The position numbers were made by a program, and so were the translations under genes. The notes beneath the pieces are model-generated. The model worked only from the letters and a program-made list of their open reading frames with translations, did not search any database and was not told the origin of the DNA. Shown piece by piece: positions 37,861 to 48,110 of a DNA stretch of 64,000 nucleotides. This DNA is from a virus (lineage: Duplodnaviria > Caudoviricetes): IMG/VR virus record IMGVR_UViG_3300037722_000745, positions 160,001-224,000 of that record. The stretch is one strand, 5' to 3'. Each line of letters opens with the position of its first letter. Within the stretch, counting starts at the first letter, position 1.

Positions 37861-40031
37861 GAGACTAGATCCCTGAGAATAGAATTGCGATGTACAACCT
37901 TGTCATTTGACACGGCCTTGAATACTGCCTCAACCTCACCCAGGATCCAAACCTTTCGGCGGGCCCGTGTGATAGCTGTGTAGAACAAATTCCGTTGTAA
38001 CATACTTCTCTGAGTCTTCACCAGTGGCATGATCACAGTGTCGAACTCTTCCCCCTGACACCGGTGAACTGTCACTGCGTAAGCCAGCTTGAGCATGTGC
38101 TCAGCGTCTGTCTTAGGGATCTCCACCTCCATATCAGGGACCCCCCCAACGCCATGAATCCGCAAAATCAGGTTCTCCGCCGTGATCCCAACAAGCTTCC
38201 CGATATCTCCGTTGTAGACGTTCAAATTGTAGTTGTTCTTGATCACCATCAGGCGATCGCCAATCCTCGTCACAAACTCCGGCAAGGCCCATGTGGGCTG
38301 CCCCAGATCTGGATTGAGTTCGTCTCGCAGCCTGGCATTTAGGTAGTTGACTCCTACAACCCCCTCGTATTTCGGCGACACGACCTGAAAGTTCTCGTCA
38401 CGGCTTTTGAGTTTGGCAGCCAACTGAACGACGAAATCCACAATCAGATCCTCGTCCGACGTAGCCAAGAAACGGAATTCGGAATCCTCTTTCTCCGGTA
38501 TGTCCAAAGGGGACATACCACGTCGCACCCGATGAGCTGCCAGCACGATGTCACTCGTCTCAGCTTGACGAAACACGTGCTCCAATCGTATGTGTGGGAC
38601 CGCTTCACAGGCCAGCAGTTCTCGAAGCACGTTACCAGGACCAACCGAGGGCAGCTGCGCATCGTCTCCGACCATGATCACGATGGTAGTCGGTGGTGTG
38701 GCATCGAGAAGCCGGTAGAACAACTCCTGGTCGACCATCGAAAACTCGTCAATGATGAGTGCCTGTGTCTCCAGTAGACAGTCCCGATTGTGTCCCCAAG
38801 CGAACCCATCGTACCGCAGTGCTCGGTGAATGGTTTGCGCTCCAACTCCAGTCACCGAAGTGAGCCGCTTTGCCGCAATCCCAGTCGGGGCCATCAGCAT
38901 ATGTTGGACATTCAACTGCCTAAAGAGCTGCACAAAAGAACGAACCAACGTCGTCTTACCCGTCCCCGGGGCCCCGGTAACTACCAACACTCGAGTCATA
39001 AGGATCTGCTCGACCGCTCTTCGCTGCTCCTTCGACAACTCGATGTTGTTGAACATTTCGTAATTGGACAGGAAAGCACCGAGATCTACTTGCAGCTCAG
39101 AAGGTGCCAAGAGTTGAGATAGCTTCTCGGCCGCCCCACGTTCGTACAGATACGTGCTAGGGAAGTACACCCCGACGCCAGCGTCCACCTTGACTGATCC
39201 CGCATCAGCCAGTGATGCCAGAACTTTGGAGACTTCCGAATCCAGATCAGGGCACGAGAAAGGAGCGACGTGTGAATACGACGCCACTTTCAACATCAGC
39301 CCGCTCACAGCTCCACGCTGGACATAGAGATGTCCCTGCTGAATCTGTTCCCGGAGAGTCCACAGCACACCCCCAACAACTCGACGGGGGTCATCAGGAC
39401 CGATTCCTTTCGCCACCGCTATCTTGTCCGCTCGATAGAACGAGAACCCTTCGATCTCCATCAAACGGTAAGGGTTCTCTGCAAGGACCTCGACAGCCTT
39501 CGCCCCAAAGCACTGGTAGACACTCGCTACCATTGAAGCCCCCAGCTCATACTCCTGCAGGAAATCCGAAAGAGTAGCCACCCCTCGGAGATCCAACCAC
39601 TCCTTCGAAACCCTCCGCAGCTCCCTACGCTCATCCTCGCTAGCAGCAACCTCTACGAGCCGATCAACCTCCCCGAGAGCGTCATACGATTGGGTGCCGA
39701 ACTCCCTCACAACGCGACGAAGAAGCCCGAAGTCGCCTCCAAAGATCGAAACACAGTTTGTCAGGAAGTACCTGACGTCACTCGCATTGCGACCCCACGG
39801 ACGCCACAACGTAGATCTGAATTGCAAACCGTATTTAGGGTGCCTAACCCACCCCCCTTCAAACTCAAGGACCGCCCCTGACACGAGCGTGGACACGCCA
39901 AAAAAGTGGCCTGTTACCTTCGTCTCCCTGACATTAGAGCGATCCTCGCATTCGTACACCCTGACCACGAGGATGTGAAACGTCTCGCTGGTGTGGACTA
40001 CCCGCTCGACCCGTCCGCGGAGACAACTCAC
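37842..40031 (-). CDS. recD2: RecD2-like SF1B helicase
   Basis: N-terminal OB/HHH region (ENPYRL..IEGFSF..AD), GAPGTGKTT, IIDEFSM, GDDAQLPSVGPG, AYAVTVHRCQGEE, RNLFYTAITRA. Confidence 0.92.
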   Translation of the reverse strand: MSCLRGRVERVVHTSETFHILVVRVYECEDRSNVRETKVTGHFFGVSTLVSGAVLEFEGGWVRHPKYGLQFRSTLWRPWGRNASDVRYFLTNCVSIFGGDFGLLRRVVREFGTQSYDALGEVDRLVEVAASEDERRELRRVSKEWLDLRGVATLSDFLQEYELGASMVASVYQCFGAKAVEVLAENPYRLMEIEGFSFYRADKIAVAKGIGPDDPRRVVGGVLWTLREQIQQGHLYVQRGAVSGLMLKVASYSHVAPFSCPDLDSEVSKVLASLADAGSVKVDAGVGVYFPSTYLYERGAAEKLSQLLAPSELQVDLGAFLSNYEMFNNIELSKEQRRAVEQILMTRVLVVTGAPGTGKTTLVRSFVQLFRQLNVQHMLMAPTGIAAKRLTSVTGVGAQTIHRALRYDGFAWGHNRDCLLETQALIIDEFSMVDQELFYRLLDATPPTTIVIMVGDDAQLPSVGPGNVLRELLACEAVPHIRLEHVFRQAETSDIVLAAHRVRRGMSPLDIPEKEDSEFRFLATSDEDLIVDFVVQLAAKLKSRDENFQVVSPKYEGVVGVNYLNARLRDELNPDLGQPTWALPEFVTRIGDRLMVIKNNYNLNVYNGDIGKLVGITAENLILRIHGVGGVPDMEVEIPKTDAEHMLKLAYAVTVHRCQGEEFDTVIMPLVKTQRSMLQRNLFYTAITRARRKVWILGEVEAVFKAVSNDKVVHRNSILRDLVSCRAGA

Positions 40032-41959
40032 TGGGAGCCGACGAGCGTTAGGAACGAATCTTCAGACAAGCACGTAGTGCCGTTCTTGCGTGCCGCTTTG
40101 GCTTTTGTGCTGCTCGAATTAGGATCAGCCATGACCAAGTAGGTAAGCGTCCGAGTCACCGACTTCTTCACTTCGCCCCCAGCCTGCACGACTAAAGCCT
40201 CCAGATCCTTCCGAGATTGGCTAAGCGACCCCGTGAAGCAGACACTCTTGCCCGAAAGACTGCCATAGACCTTGGGCTCGATCTCAACGCCCGACTCTAG
40301 CAGTCGATCCACCAAGCCCCGATGGGCTTGGAGCCACCTCCAAAGGGCGCTTGCCTTAACCGGTCCTAAACCACCCACCGCGGAGAGCTGCTCAACATCA
40401 GCCCCACACAACCGATCCAAAGTATCGAATCCAGCACAAGTGGCCATCTTGATGGTGCTCTCGCCACACAATGGGATGGACAGCGATCCCAACAGCGTCT
40501 CCAAGGGCACCCTGCATCGGCCCCAGAGGGTCTCCAGGACTTTCTTTGCGGACCTGGCTCCCATCCGGTCAACCTGGGCAAGCTGCCCCTCTGTGAGCCC
40601 GTAGAGGTCCGCCACGTCCTTGATGAGCCCCAAGGACACCAAACGCTCGATGAGAGTCTCACCCCATTCTTTCAGACCCATACCCGAGACGTAACGCTTG
40701 ATCCGGCCTACGGCCTGCGCCGGACAATCCGACGTGTTAGGGCAAACTAGGTACTCCCCCTCCATCTGAGTCGGTTCCTTGCACGTAGGGCACAACGCCG
40801 GAGGTTCAGCGACGGTCCCAGTCCCCCTCAATACCGAAGCAACCCGAGGAATCACATCCTGCGCACGAGCGATCAGAACCGTAGCCCCCACATCTACCCC
40901 AAGCGTCCGAATGTAAGCCACGTTGTAGAGGCTCGCATTTGTAATCTCTGCGCCTACAAGACGCACAGGATTGAAAACTGCGACAGGCGTGATCCGCCCC
41001 GAACCACCTACCTGCCAATCTATTCGCTGCAGGATCGACTCTCGCGTCATCGGCGCGAATTTGAACGCCACCGCACCCTTAGGGCGGCCATCAACCTCGC
41101 CGAGGGACAACTGCGTAGCAAGGTCGTTGATCCGAACGACCAAACCATCGATCTCGTAGTCCAATTCCTCCCGCTTGAACTGTTGGTACTCCAACCACAG
41201 ATCCTGTGGGGTTCGAACACCCGGCACCATCGCTGTCACGTACCAATTAGGCACCAACAAGCCTTGGCTTTCGAGCCAGGCGAATTGCTCCCCCTCGGTC
41301 CCAAAGTCCGGCCCCTCCGCAACCTGGTAGAACATGATGGTTAGCAGCTCACAACCGGTTCCGTCATACCGCTTGGCAATTCCGCTGGCGGCATTCCGAG
41401 GATTTGCGTATCCCGGGAAATGCGTGGCATGGTCACTCTTTTTGAGTATCACTTCCCCGCGCAACGTGATCGTGGACCGGACGGAGAGCCGCCCTGGAAC
41501 TCCCTTCATCTTGGCCACGTTCACTGAGATGTCTTCGCCCGTAGTCCCGTCCCCTCGGGTCAAAGCTCGGGAGAAAACCCCCTTCACATACTCAACCGCA
41601 ATCGAAATCCCATCAAGCTTCTCGGTCACTAAGAGGGGTGCAGACTTAGCCTCTCCCGTCCCCATAATCCACGCCGTCAACTCCTCGAGAGTGTTGACCT
41701 TACTTAGGGACCCCATGGGAATGCTGTGTTCAGACTTCGTCCACGCCGACACTGGAGGGGCACCAATCGCTGTCACCGCAGGGTTATCCCCTTGAAGCGC
41801 CGACAACTCGTCTACCCACGCATCGTAGACTTCGTCTGAAACCGCGTTGGCACCGTTACCGCCGTTGTTGTAGTAATCGTGACGAGCCCGCTTGATCCGA
41901 TCTTCCAGATCTAGCCGGCGCAATACAGTGTTCGGATCGGGGTCGGTATCCATGGCCAT
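40028..41959 (-). CDS. ligA: NAD-dependent DNA ligase
   Basis: EKLDG, TRGDG..GED, RGE, NPRN, EIDGLV, Zn-finger CPTC..C, BRCT VCFTGSL. Confidence 0.95.
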   Translation of the reverse strand: MAMDTDPDPNTVLRRLDLEDRIKRARHDYYNNGGNGANAVSDEVYDAWVDELSALQGDNPAVTAIGAPPVSAWTKSEHSIPMGSLSKVNTLEELTAWIMGTGEAKSAPLLVTEKLDGISIAVEYVKGVFSRALTRGDGTTGEDISVNVAKMKGVPGRLSVRSTITLRGEVILKKSDHATHFPGYANPRNAASGIAKRYDGTGCELLTIMFYQVAEGPDFGTEGEQFAWLESQGLLVPNWYVTAMVPGVRTPQDLWLEYQQFKREELDYEIDGLVVRINDLATQLSLGEVDGRPKGAVAFKFAPMTRESILQRIDWQVGGSGRITPVAVFNPVRLVGAEITNASLYNVAYIRTLGVDVGATVLIARAQDVIPRVASVLRGTGTVAEPPALCPTCKEPTQMEGEYLVCPNTSDCPAQAVGRIKRYVSGMGLKEWGETLIERLVSLGLIKDVADLYGLTEGQLAQVDRMGARSAKKVLETLWGRCRVPLETLLGSLSIPLCGESTIKMATCAGFDTLDRLCGADVEQLSAVGGLGPVKASALWRWLQAHRGLVDRLLESGVEIEPKVYGSLSGKSVCFTGSLSQSRKDLEALVVQAGGEVKKSVTRTLTYLVMADPNSSSTKAKAARKNGTTCLSEDSFLTLVGSQ

Positions 41960-42288
41960 GGATTACACCAAGTCTCACCGTAAATCACATCACGGAAGTG
42001 AGCACCAGGGTGGACGCTACCACTGGCAGAGCGCACACCTATCTGCTGGCCGAGGCAGGGACGAGACACATCATCTTGCCGGTAGTTCCCCGCGTAGTAC
42101 TCCATGGGGGCGACGGCCTTGAACAATTCCTCGTGCCACTTCCTCGGTGCCTGCGAGTCCGGAATGGCGACTCTTGCGTCGTGGAATGCGGCGGCTGTAA
42201 CCCGTCGTGCAACACTCTCGAAGGCAGATGATTTTCGCTCCGTGAAGTCGTCAGCCCACTCCGGACACTGAAGCGCTGGGGAAGGCAT
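41911..42288 (-). pseudogene. Possible truncated Fic-family N-terminal fragment
   Basis: WHEELF..YYAGNYR resembles the Fic N-terminus; no HPFxxGNGR motif and the frame runs into the ligA start. Confidence 0.35.
41963..41970 (-). promoter_or_regulatory. GGTGTAA motif 9 nt upstream of ligA ATG (41953)
   Basis: TGGTGTAA-TCCATGGCC-ATG. Confidence 0.45.
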
Positions 42289-42290
42289 TC

Positions 42291-42551
42291 TTATCCTTCG
42301 TCTTCAAAATCCTCATCCGACAGGTCACCGCGCCACGGATTCTGCCGCCAAGCATCGAGGTTCTCACCGGCCCGCTTTATCACCTCGGCAGGGTCATCCC
42401 CTTGTTCGCGGATCAGGGCTAGGGCGTCTTCCCATCCCTGTTCTGCCGCAGCATCGAAATCAAAGTGGTCCGTACTAGGGGCCCTCTCCGAAGAGCCAGG
42501 CGAGAAGTCCTGAGGGGGAATCTGGACGATAGCGAGCACCCGGTGATCCAT
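42291..42551 (-). CDS. Small acidic hypothetical protein
   Basis: 86 aa ORF in operon-like spacing. Confidence 0.55.
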   Translation of the reverse strand: MDHRVLAIVQIPPQDFSPGSSERAPSTDHFDFDAAAEQGWEDALALIREQGDDPAEVIKRAGENLDAWRQNPWRGDLSDEDFEDEG

Positions 42552-42630
42552 TGTCTCGCTCTTTAATAGGTGGCAAGCTACCCTTGAAAGCCTTTAATAG
42601 ACCGCAAACCCTTCGTTGTCAACGATCCAT

Positions 42631-42951
42631 TCAATGGGTTGTTTTCGTGGCTTTCAGCCGCGGGACATCCTCAGGATCAAGCTGCCCAGACTCTACAAGG
42701 CGAGCCAAGATCTCAACCGATTTCAAAGGGGTCACGATAAAACGGACTTCCTCCCCCTGATACTGCTCGAGGATGGTCTGAACGTCCAAAAAATCGAAAG
42801 ACCCATCGGCCTGCTGGATCCGTAGGACCATGCGACCATTCATCGGATCCAGCTCTACAACACCCTCGATAAGGGCTCCCAGATCCAAACCCTCAACGGA
42901 CGGGACAGACGCCATTTGCACACTCTTCAATCTCGACATCTCCACCGTCAT
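42631..42951 (-). CDS. Hypothetical protein
   Basis: 106 aa ORF downstream of RNR. Confidence 0.55.
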   Translation of the reverse strand: MTVEMSRLKSVQMASVPSVEGLDLGALIEGVVELDPMNGRMVLRIQQADGSFDFLDVQTILEQYQGEEVRFIVTPLKSVEILARLVESGQLDPEDVPRLKATKTTH

Positions 42952-45900
42952 TCACTAGCGGATGGTCGTGTTTGATCCCAGAGAACATCTCCTGAAACTG
43001 CGATTCCGAGATCTCTTCGTACGGAGCTTGAGCATAGCCGTGGGCTTTCGCCAACAAGCTCGTGGATTTAAACCGAGGCACGTACTTCGCCAGCAGCTCC
43101 GCCGTGCGCTCCCTTTCGGTCTCGGGATTGAACGAGAGCGTAGCGGAGACAGAATTGTCCGCCCACCACTCCTGGATCAACGCCTGCCGCTCGAATTGGT
43201 CGTCAATCGTCTCAGTCTGCACAGTCACCCGCGTGTGGACCGCCTTGGTCGGGAACGAGAACACAAGCGTGTGCCCGGTCTGGTCGTAAACATCGTACTC
43301 CCACGCAACCCCAGCCTCTTGTAGCGCTCTAGTCATAGGCTCATTGACGGCCAACCGAGCCCGACGGATGTAGTACGGGGCGAAAGGTGCGTGAATGCCA
43401 GGGCTGCTGGAGTTGAGCAGGCTGATCGTCCCAGAAGGCTTGGTCGTCGTGACCGCGTTCGGGCGGGCTACCCCCAGCTCATCGGCGTAGGAGTTGGCCT
43501 CCAGCCGGCACACCTCGAACCAACGAGCGAGCTGAGGTCCGACCCAGTCGAAATCACAGATGCCACCGAGTCCGACGCCCAAACGCATGTTCTTGCGACG
43601 CACCTCGTCCGACTCCTCATCCAGCAACGGAGTCAGACGCTGGCGCAGACAATAACGGGTGAGCAGGCGGAACACAGTGCCTGGATCGGTCGAACCGTCG
43701 AATTGCGCCGGAAATGCTTCTGCTAGGTTACAAGCTTCTCGATTGTGCAAGGGAATTTCGCCGCATTGTCGCACACTTACGCCTGAAAACCAGAATTTGT
43801 CTAGATTTTTGTGCTCCTTCGTTATTACAGACACAGTGTGGTTTTCGTCCACCGTGAGGTTGTAGACCGTGTGCTCTCCTTCCAGCTCCTCCACACGCGC
43901 AACCTTGTGGTTGTAATCGGACGCAGCTTCCAAGACCTCCGAGAACTTCTTGAAGCCGTGCTTGAGTGTCGGCCCGATACGGGAAGGCACCCCTTCCCCT
44001 TTGCAAGCCAAGGACCATTCCTTGCGATTCGGGTGGCGTCCTAGCCTGAAAGCCAGATCAGAACAAACACGAGCCTGCTCCACTTTGGTCGCGACCTGCT
44101 TGGACCCGTAGTGCGTGTCCATCGCCTGAAGCCGTTTCGCTTTGACCTTCGCGTCACTGTTGATATAGGCGTTGCCACAAGCTTCTGAGCAAAAGGATCG
44201 CTCACGATAGGAATGCTCCACCTCAAACGAGGCCGAACACCCTTCACAAGACTTGACCACAAAGACCTTGGAGTCTTTGATGAAAGCTTCGTACCCTTGT
44301 TCCAACATGGAGCAGAGCGTTTTGATGACACGTGGATCGGTGTCGACGTGCTCCAAGCCAAGCTCCGAAGCACATTGCTTGGCTAGCTCCACAACAGACT
44401 TCCAGGATCGATAGCCAGAGAAGGCTTGCGGGATACCCTGTGCCGAGGCGTACTCCAGCCAATCCTTCTTGCTGAATCGGCGTCCCAATTTACGAGTCAA
44501 CGTCAGACCATGATCCTTCAACTCACCACAGGTCAAACCTGACCAACGACCATTCGCCTCGCCAGAGTTGTCTTTCTCTCCGTGCAACTTGGCGTGATCA
44601 CGAAAAGTCATGATCTGGAGGTTATCAGGAGCGTTGTTCAGCTGATCGTAGTCCTTATGGTGGACTACAAGGCCGCCAGTGTTCGCGAACCCGTTCTCCG
44701 CACATACCGAATAGACCCGATCCCAGCCATCCGGGTCCTGGAAACAAGCAATCAAGCGATGCTCAAATATCTTGTCTCGATCCGGGTGACGCGTGTTGCA
44801 GTAAATACGATAATAGTCCTTACCTCCCTTCTTAACCTTCTCCAGAGCCTTCTTGAAACGCGGCAAACTGTCCCCAGGTTGGAGATCTTTCGCCTCTACT
44901 GGAGTACCATCACGTAGCAAGAAACCGTGGTTCGGCGTGGTGTCTAGGTGACTACCATCATCCAACCACACCCGGACAAGCTTTTGGTTGTAGCCTGTGA
45001 TCCGGGGGTTACGACCCATCTTGATCTCGATCTTGCCGGTCTCCTTGTTCAGGGAGTAAACCGGCACGTCCTCGCCCTCCTCCGCGAGCTGGCGGATCGA
45101 GACAGAATTGCGACCGTCTGCCACGGCGATCTTCGTGTCTCCAGAAAAACACGGATTGATGACGGTGGCCCCAGGATCGGTCTTGCGGATGAGCGCCAGG
45201 TTCAGCAGACCGGGCTCCCCGTAGAGGATGTTGTCCTCGACCATCCCATGCCAATCGAACTCGGCAATCTGCTTGTCTGTGTAAAACAGCAGCGAGTTGT
45301 TGCTGGTGTGCCGATGAGACTTCACAGCTTCGAAGTCCTTCTTCGCGTCCCGGAAAGGCCGATCCTCCGCGTCGCCCAAAACGATCAAGGCTGACCGGCG
45401 GACATTACCGGACTTCACACAGAACCCGATCAAGTTGGTGATATCGAGGCACTCAACGCTCGTCAAGCCGCGTCCCACCGCTCCACGCACGATGTCCCAC
45501 GAAAACCTCAGCAGCATCGACAGCGGGCCCGGACCGCACGCAACACCTCCAAACGTACGAATAGGCTCGCCCCGAGGGCGGATGTCCGAAAGGTCTACGA
45601 TGATATCCCGACCTTCGAAAGCCGCCTGGAGAACGAGACGCAAGGACTCTACCCACCCCTCACGTGAGTCAGGGATCTGGTGGACCGGGGTCTGACCGTT
45701 CAGGAACTCTTTGTCATTGGGCCCCACATCCTCAACGTTAGGATGATCATGGCGGCACCACACCGCCATGCGTGAGGAACCTGATCCTGCACTGACCTTT
45801 CCCAGCAAGCCGAGGGATCCCAATCCCACCCCGACGCCTCCGCCCAACATCAACTGGTTCATCACCCAACACCAGTCGTCGATCGAGCGGAGCGTGACTC

Positions 45901-47125
45901 CCCAGCAATTGCCAGTGAGGACACCGCCTTCCAACGTAAAGGAGCGTGTCTTCGGCTCGACTACGCAAAAGACCTCCTCCTCGCGACCCTCGTCTACAAC
46001 TCTGAACACTTGGTACTCAACAGGTTCCGGGCGCAGCGTGATCGTAACCAAAGGCGCAGATCGAGGACCGTAGTTCGTGTCTCCGGTCTCCACGGAGTAT
46101 CCCGTCACGCAGTAACCCAGCAAGGGTGCACGTTCGGTTGCCCATTGGATCGCCTGTGCGTTCTGAGATCCCAACCGAGGGCCCTGCTTACTTGGATCCT
46201 TACGGTCACTACCATCCATCGCTTTCCAACCTTCCAAGAACCCAGCTTGGTAGGTCAACGATGTGGCTCTATCCGGGAGGGCTTTCAGGTTGGCTTGTGA
46301 TCGCAGGAACACCACAGAGTCGCCCTGATATGAAGGAGGGGAGCATGTGTTGTGGTGCAAAGGACTCGACTCTAACACCGTCAGATACCGCGCTTTGGCC
46401 CCACAAAGCCGAACCTGGTATTGCCCCTCTCGGCCCGTAGACTGCGACCCGTCCCCGAACACGAGACCATGCACAAACCCTGCACGGTAGAAGCTCGACT
46501 CCACATCATGTTGGGTGGGCGTGACGACAACACGATCGCCAACGGAGAGGTCAGTCACTTCACCGCGGTTTGACGTGAACCACCGATGGTCCCGCGTCGC
46601 GCAGAATTCCATAACGTACTTGGAGGCCCCAGGGAGCTTGAACCCGTAGGTCAAAAGCTTCTGCTTACCGAAGGACCGAACCTCAGCCGGAGACCACCCA
46701 CCGTCCTTGGTCAACACCTCCACCTGCTGGCCTACCAAGTCCCGAAGAGACGCAAGCTCCCCGTTCGCCCAAAAGCGAGTCTCCCCTGCAAAGCAATTGT
46801 ACCTAGCGTCCGCTGGGATCCCTTCAACACCTCCGACCCATAGCCCACGCCCAGGGGGTAGCGCCTGACCCGTCCAAAAAAGATGAAAGAGCTTCTCTGC
46901 CTCGCGTTGGGATGGCTGCTGATGAGCCAGGGCCATATTACCTTCCACTACGCGACGAATCGTATCGGTCCACGTCTCACCATTGCGGCAGTACTTTGAC
47001 AGGTATGTTGACCGAGCTAAGAGCGTGCGGAATGGATCGCCCATCTGCCGGTACAGGGCCAAGAAAGATTCCTGGAGCTTGAAAGGCTGTGCTGTCTCCG
47101 TCGAAGTGTGGCGGACGATCTCCAT
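42893..47125 (-). CDS. nrdJ: Class II (B12-dependent, monomeric-type) ribonucleotide reductase with two inteins
   Basis: PPGRGLW, YN|CWG, LMLGGGVG, SGNVRRSA, INP|CGEIPL..CNLAE, KPSGTISLL, C-terminal CANGVCP; no ATP cone. Confidence 0.92.
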   Translation of the reverse strand: MEIVRHTSTETAQPFKLQESFLALYRQMGDPFRTLLARSTYLSKYCRNGETWTDTIRRVVEGNMALAHQQPSQREAEKLFHLFWTGQALPPGRGLWVGGVEGIPADARYNCFAGETRFWANGELASLRDLVGQQVEVLTKDGGWSPAEVRSFGKQKLLTYGFKLPGASKYVMEFCATRDHRWFTSNRGEVTDLSVGDRVVVTPTQHDVESSFYRAGFVHGLVFGDGSQSTGREGQYQVRLCGAKARYLTVLESSPLHHNTCSPPSYQGDSVVFLRSQANLKALPDRATSLTYQAGFLEGWKAMDGSDRKDPSKQGPRLGSQNAQAIQWATERAPLLGYCVTGYSVETGDTNYGPRSAPLVTITLRPEPVEYQVFRVVDEGREEEVFCVVEPKTRSFTLEGGVLTGNCWGVTLRSIDDWCWVMNQLMLGGGVGVGLGSLGLLGKVSAGSGSSRMAVWCRHDHPNVEDVGPNDKEFLNGQTPVHQIPDSREGWVESLRLVLQAAFEGRDIIVDLSDIRPRGEPIRTFGGVACGPGPLSMLLRFSWDIVRGAVGRGLTSVECLDITNLIGFCVKSGNVRRSALIVLGDAEDRPFRDAKKDFEAVKSHRHTSNNSLLFYTDKQIAEFDWHGMVEDNILYGEPGLLNLALIRKTDPGATVINPCFSGDTKIAVADGRNSVSIRQLAEEGEDVPVYSLNKETGKIEIKMGRNPRITGYNQKLVRVWLDDGSHLDTTPNHGFLLRDGTPVEAKDLQPGDSLPRFKKALEKVKKGGKDYYRIYCNTRHPDRDKIFEHRLIACFQDPDGWDRVYSVCAENGFANTGGLVVHHKDYDQLNNAPDNLQIMTFRDHAKLHGEKDNSGEANGRWSGLTCGELKDHGLTLTRKLGRRFSKKDWLEYASAQGIPQAFSGYRSWKSVVELAKQCASELGLEHVDTDPRVIKTLCSMLEQGYEAFIKDSKVFVVKSCEGCSASFEVEHSYRERSFCSEACGNAYINSDAKVKAKRLQAMDTHYGSKQVATKVEQARVCSDLAFRLGRHPNRKEWSLACKGEGVPSRIGPTLKHGFKKFSEVLEAASDYNHKVARVEELEGEHTVYNLTVDENHTVSVITKEHKNLDKFWFSGVSVRQCGEIPLHNREACNLAEAFPAQFDGSTDPGTVFRLLTRYCLRQRLTPLLDEESDEVRRKNMRLGVGLGGICDFDWVGPQLARWFEVCRLEANSYADELGVARPNAVTTTKPSGTISLLNSSSPGIHAPFAPYYIRRARLAVNEPMTRALQEAGVAWEYDVYDQTGHTLVFSFPTKAVHTRVTVQTETIDDQFERQALIQEWWADNSVSATLSFNPETERERTAELLAKYVPRFKSTSLLAKAHGYAQAPYEEISESQFQEMFSGIKHDHPLVNDGGDVEIEECANGVCPVR
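43766..45151 (-). mobile_element. RNR intein 2 (462 aa, HNH-type endonuclease; ends Arg-Gln)
   Basis: CFSGDTKIA ... TPNHGF ... EHRLIA..VVHHKDYDQLNNAPDNL ... VYNLTVDENH..SVRQ|C. Confidence 0.88.
45908..46795 (-). mobile_element. RNR intein 1 (296 aa, LAGLIDADG; ends Gly-Asn)
   Basis: CFAGETRF ... TRDHRW ... GLVFGDG, GWKAMDG ... VFCVV..LTGN|C. Confidence 0.9.
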
Positions 47126-47144
47126 GTTTGAATCCTCGTCTTGT

Positions 47145-48101
47145 CTACTGGGCGATAGTTAGCATTGTCGTCTCCACAAGAGTCCTCTTGGACCGAGACG
47201 AACCCTTTACATCTACATCTATCTGGCACAACCGTCCCATATACCCCGCCAAGGATTTGAAGCTGTGCTTACGAGCCACAGGAGCCAACAAATTCTTGTA
47301 TGGCCAGAGCTTCGTTCCCGTGAGGACTGCAATCTCTTCAGGCTCTACACCTCTATCCTGCAAAGCTCGGATAGAGGCTGTCTTCTCAACTTGCCTCATC
47401 AACGATGACACCACGGGGACAAGACAGGTGTCCCCTTCCCCGGCGTACAAGTACGAGAAGAGGCGCATAGCCTTTTTGAGGTCCTTCGCCATTACGGCTT
47501 CCGCCACCGCATAAGGCGTGGCGTCAGGTGTCGGGCTGACCACCTCCGCCACATGCTTTTTTTGGATCGAACAATCCTGCCCTACATACAACGAGAGCTT
47601 CTTCAGCTCGTTCGACAACCGATAGAGGTCCGAACCAACGTATTGGTACAGCAAGGACGCCACGTCCTTCCCCAAGGAGACCTTAAGTCGCGTAGCCTCC
47701 CCTCTAATGAAGTCAAGATACTTACCGTCTTCCCACGGCTTGTACTTACGTCGCTCGACTTTCTTACCCCTCTTCGCCGCCTCAGCCCAAACGTCAGGCA
47801 ACTTCGCACTACGGACAACCGCGATCACCACAACAGACTTATCCGACGCATCACGCTCTGAAATAAACTGACGAAGAGCTTCCTCTCCCTTCACCTTCTG
47901 AGCGTTCTCAACAACGACCGTATGAGGCTCCTGGAAGCCCTCACACATGTCCACCAAGACCGTGTCCTTTAGCCCATCCTCGGCATCAACCTTGATGACG
48001 ATTCGATCCTTTTTGAGCACAGACTCGACGTCCCGATCTAGAAAGAAGTCATCCTCTCCAAACAAGACGATAAAGGGCCTGAATATTGACTTTGCCGCCA
48101 T
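47145..48101 (-). CDS. holA: DNA polymerase III delta subunit
   Basis: VLFGEDDFF, YVGSDLYRLSNELKKLSLY, C-terminal collar region. Confidence 0.8.
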   Translation of the reverse strand: MAAKSIFRPFIVLFGEDDFFLDRDVESVLKKDRIVIKVDAEDGLKDTVLVDMCEGFQEPHTVVVENAQKVKGEEALRQFISERDASDKSVVVIAVVRSAKLPDVWAEAAKRGKKVERRKYKPWEDGKYLDFIRGEATRLKVSLGKDVASLLYQYVGSDLYRLSNELKKLSLYVGQDCSIQKKHVAEVVSPTPDATPYAVAEAVMAKDLKKAMRLFSYLYAGEGDTCLVPVVSSLMRQVEKTASIRALQDRGVEPEEIAVLTGTKLWPYKNLLAPVARKHSFKSLAGYMGRLCQIDVDVKGSSRSKRTLVETTMLTIAQ

Positions 48102-48110
48102 CCGAGCACA

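Noticed and set aside
42561-42600. 9-bp direct repeat CTTTAATAG x2 in an intergenic gap
   Set aside because: Only two short copies and no matching regulator; could be chance in a locally AT-richer spacer.
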